Shown piece by piece: positions 63,994 to 64,000 of a stretch of 64,000 bases of DNA (the first letter of the stretch is position 1; each line of letters starts with the position of its first letter). The DNA lies in NCBI GenBank assembly GCA_040755995.1, contig JBFMAF010000008.1, positions 202,549 to 266,548 of the forward strand, read 5' to 3'. The stretch is from Acidobacteriota bacterium. GTDB lineage: Bacteria; Acidobacteriota; CAIWXX01. The notes under the pieces were generated by a model. It was given only the letters and a program-made list of their open reading frames with translations, did no database searches and was not told the DNA's origin. A program made the translations under genes and the position numbers.

Positions 63994-64000
63994 TGAGAGA

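Overview
A GC-rich, gene-dense bacterial window from a diderm (it encodes an Omp85 barrel). The MglA, DUF4388-DnaJ and TPR gene content resembles Acidobacteriota or deltaproteobacteria, but taxonomy cannot be proven here. From left to right: (1) a trehalose locus with a partial GH15, a membrane-anchored OtsA carrying an extracytoplasmic domain, and OtsB; (2) a five-gene minus-strand operon of MoxR-like AAA, hypothetical, HExxH-vWA, hypothetical and acyl-adenylate ligase, interrupted by a DUF104/PIN toxin-antitoxin pair whose toxin has an in-frame TAG; (3) BrnTA, a class IV aminotransferase, MscS, RDD and TPR proteins and Uma2; (4) a TPR/exported protein/peptidase-PD40-Omp85 cluster, a domain-permuted radical SAM and pepD; (5) an archaeal-type HMG-CoA synthase/thiolase/DUF35 triad directly upstream of liuB/liuC/liuD-like genes; (6) DUF62, a PBP, a long-tailed MglA, DUF4388-DnaJ-TPR, a GT-C-like protein, M2 and M16 peptidases, nadA, amrS, queE, MBL, HEAT, adenosine deaminase, a hybrid kinase and cysK; (7) a variable right end with an RHH/RelE-ParE pair, a truncated rve transposase and an Rhs toxin/immunity pair. 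I found no rRNA, tRNA or CRISPR array. Intergenic DNA carries REP-like palindromes and degenerate 6-8 bp tandem repeats. The best candidates for undescribed systems are the AAA-vWA-ligase operon and the HMG-CoA triad + liu operon. All calls come from motif recognition by eye; no database searches were run.
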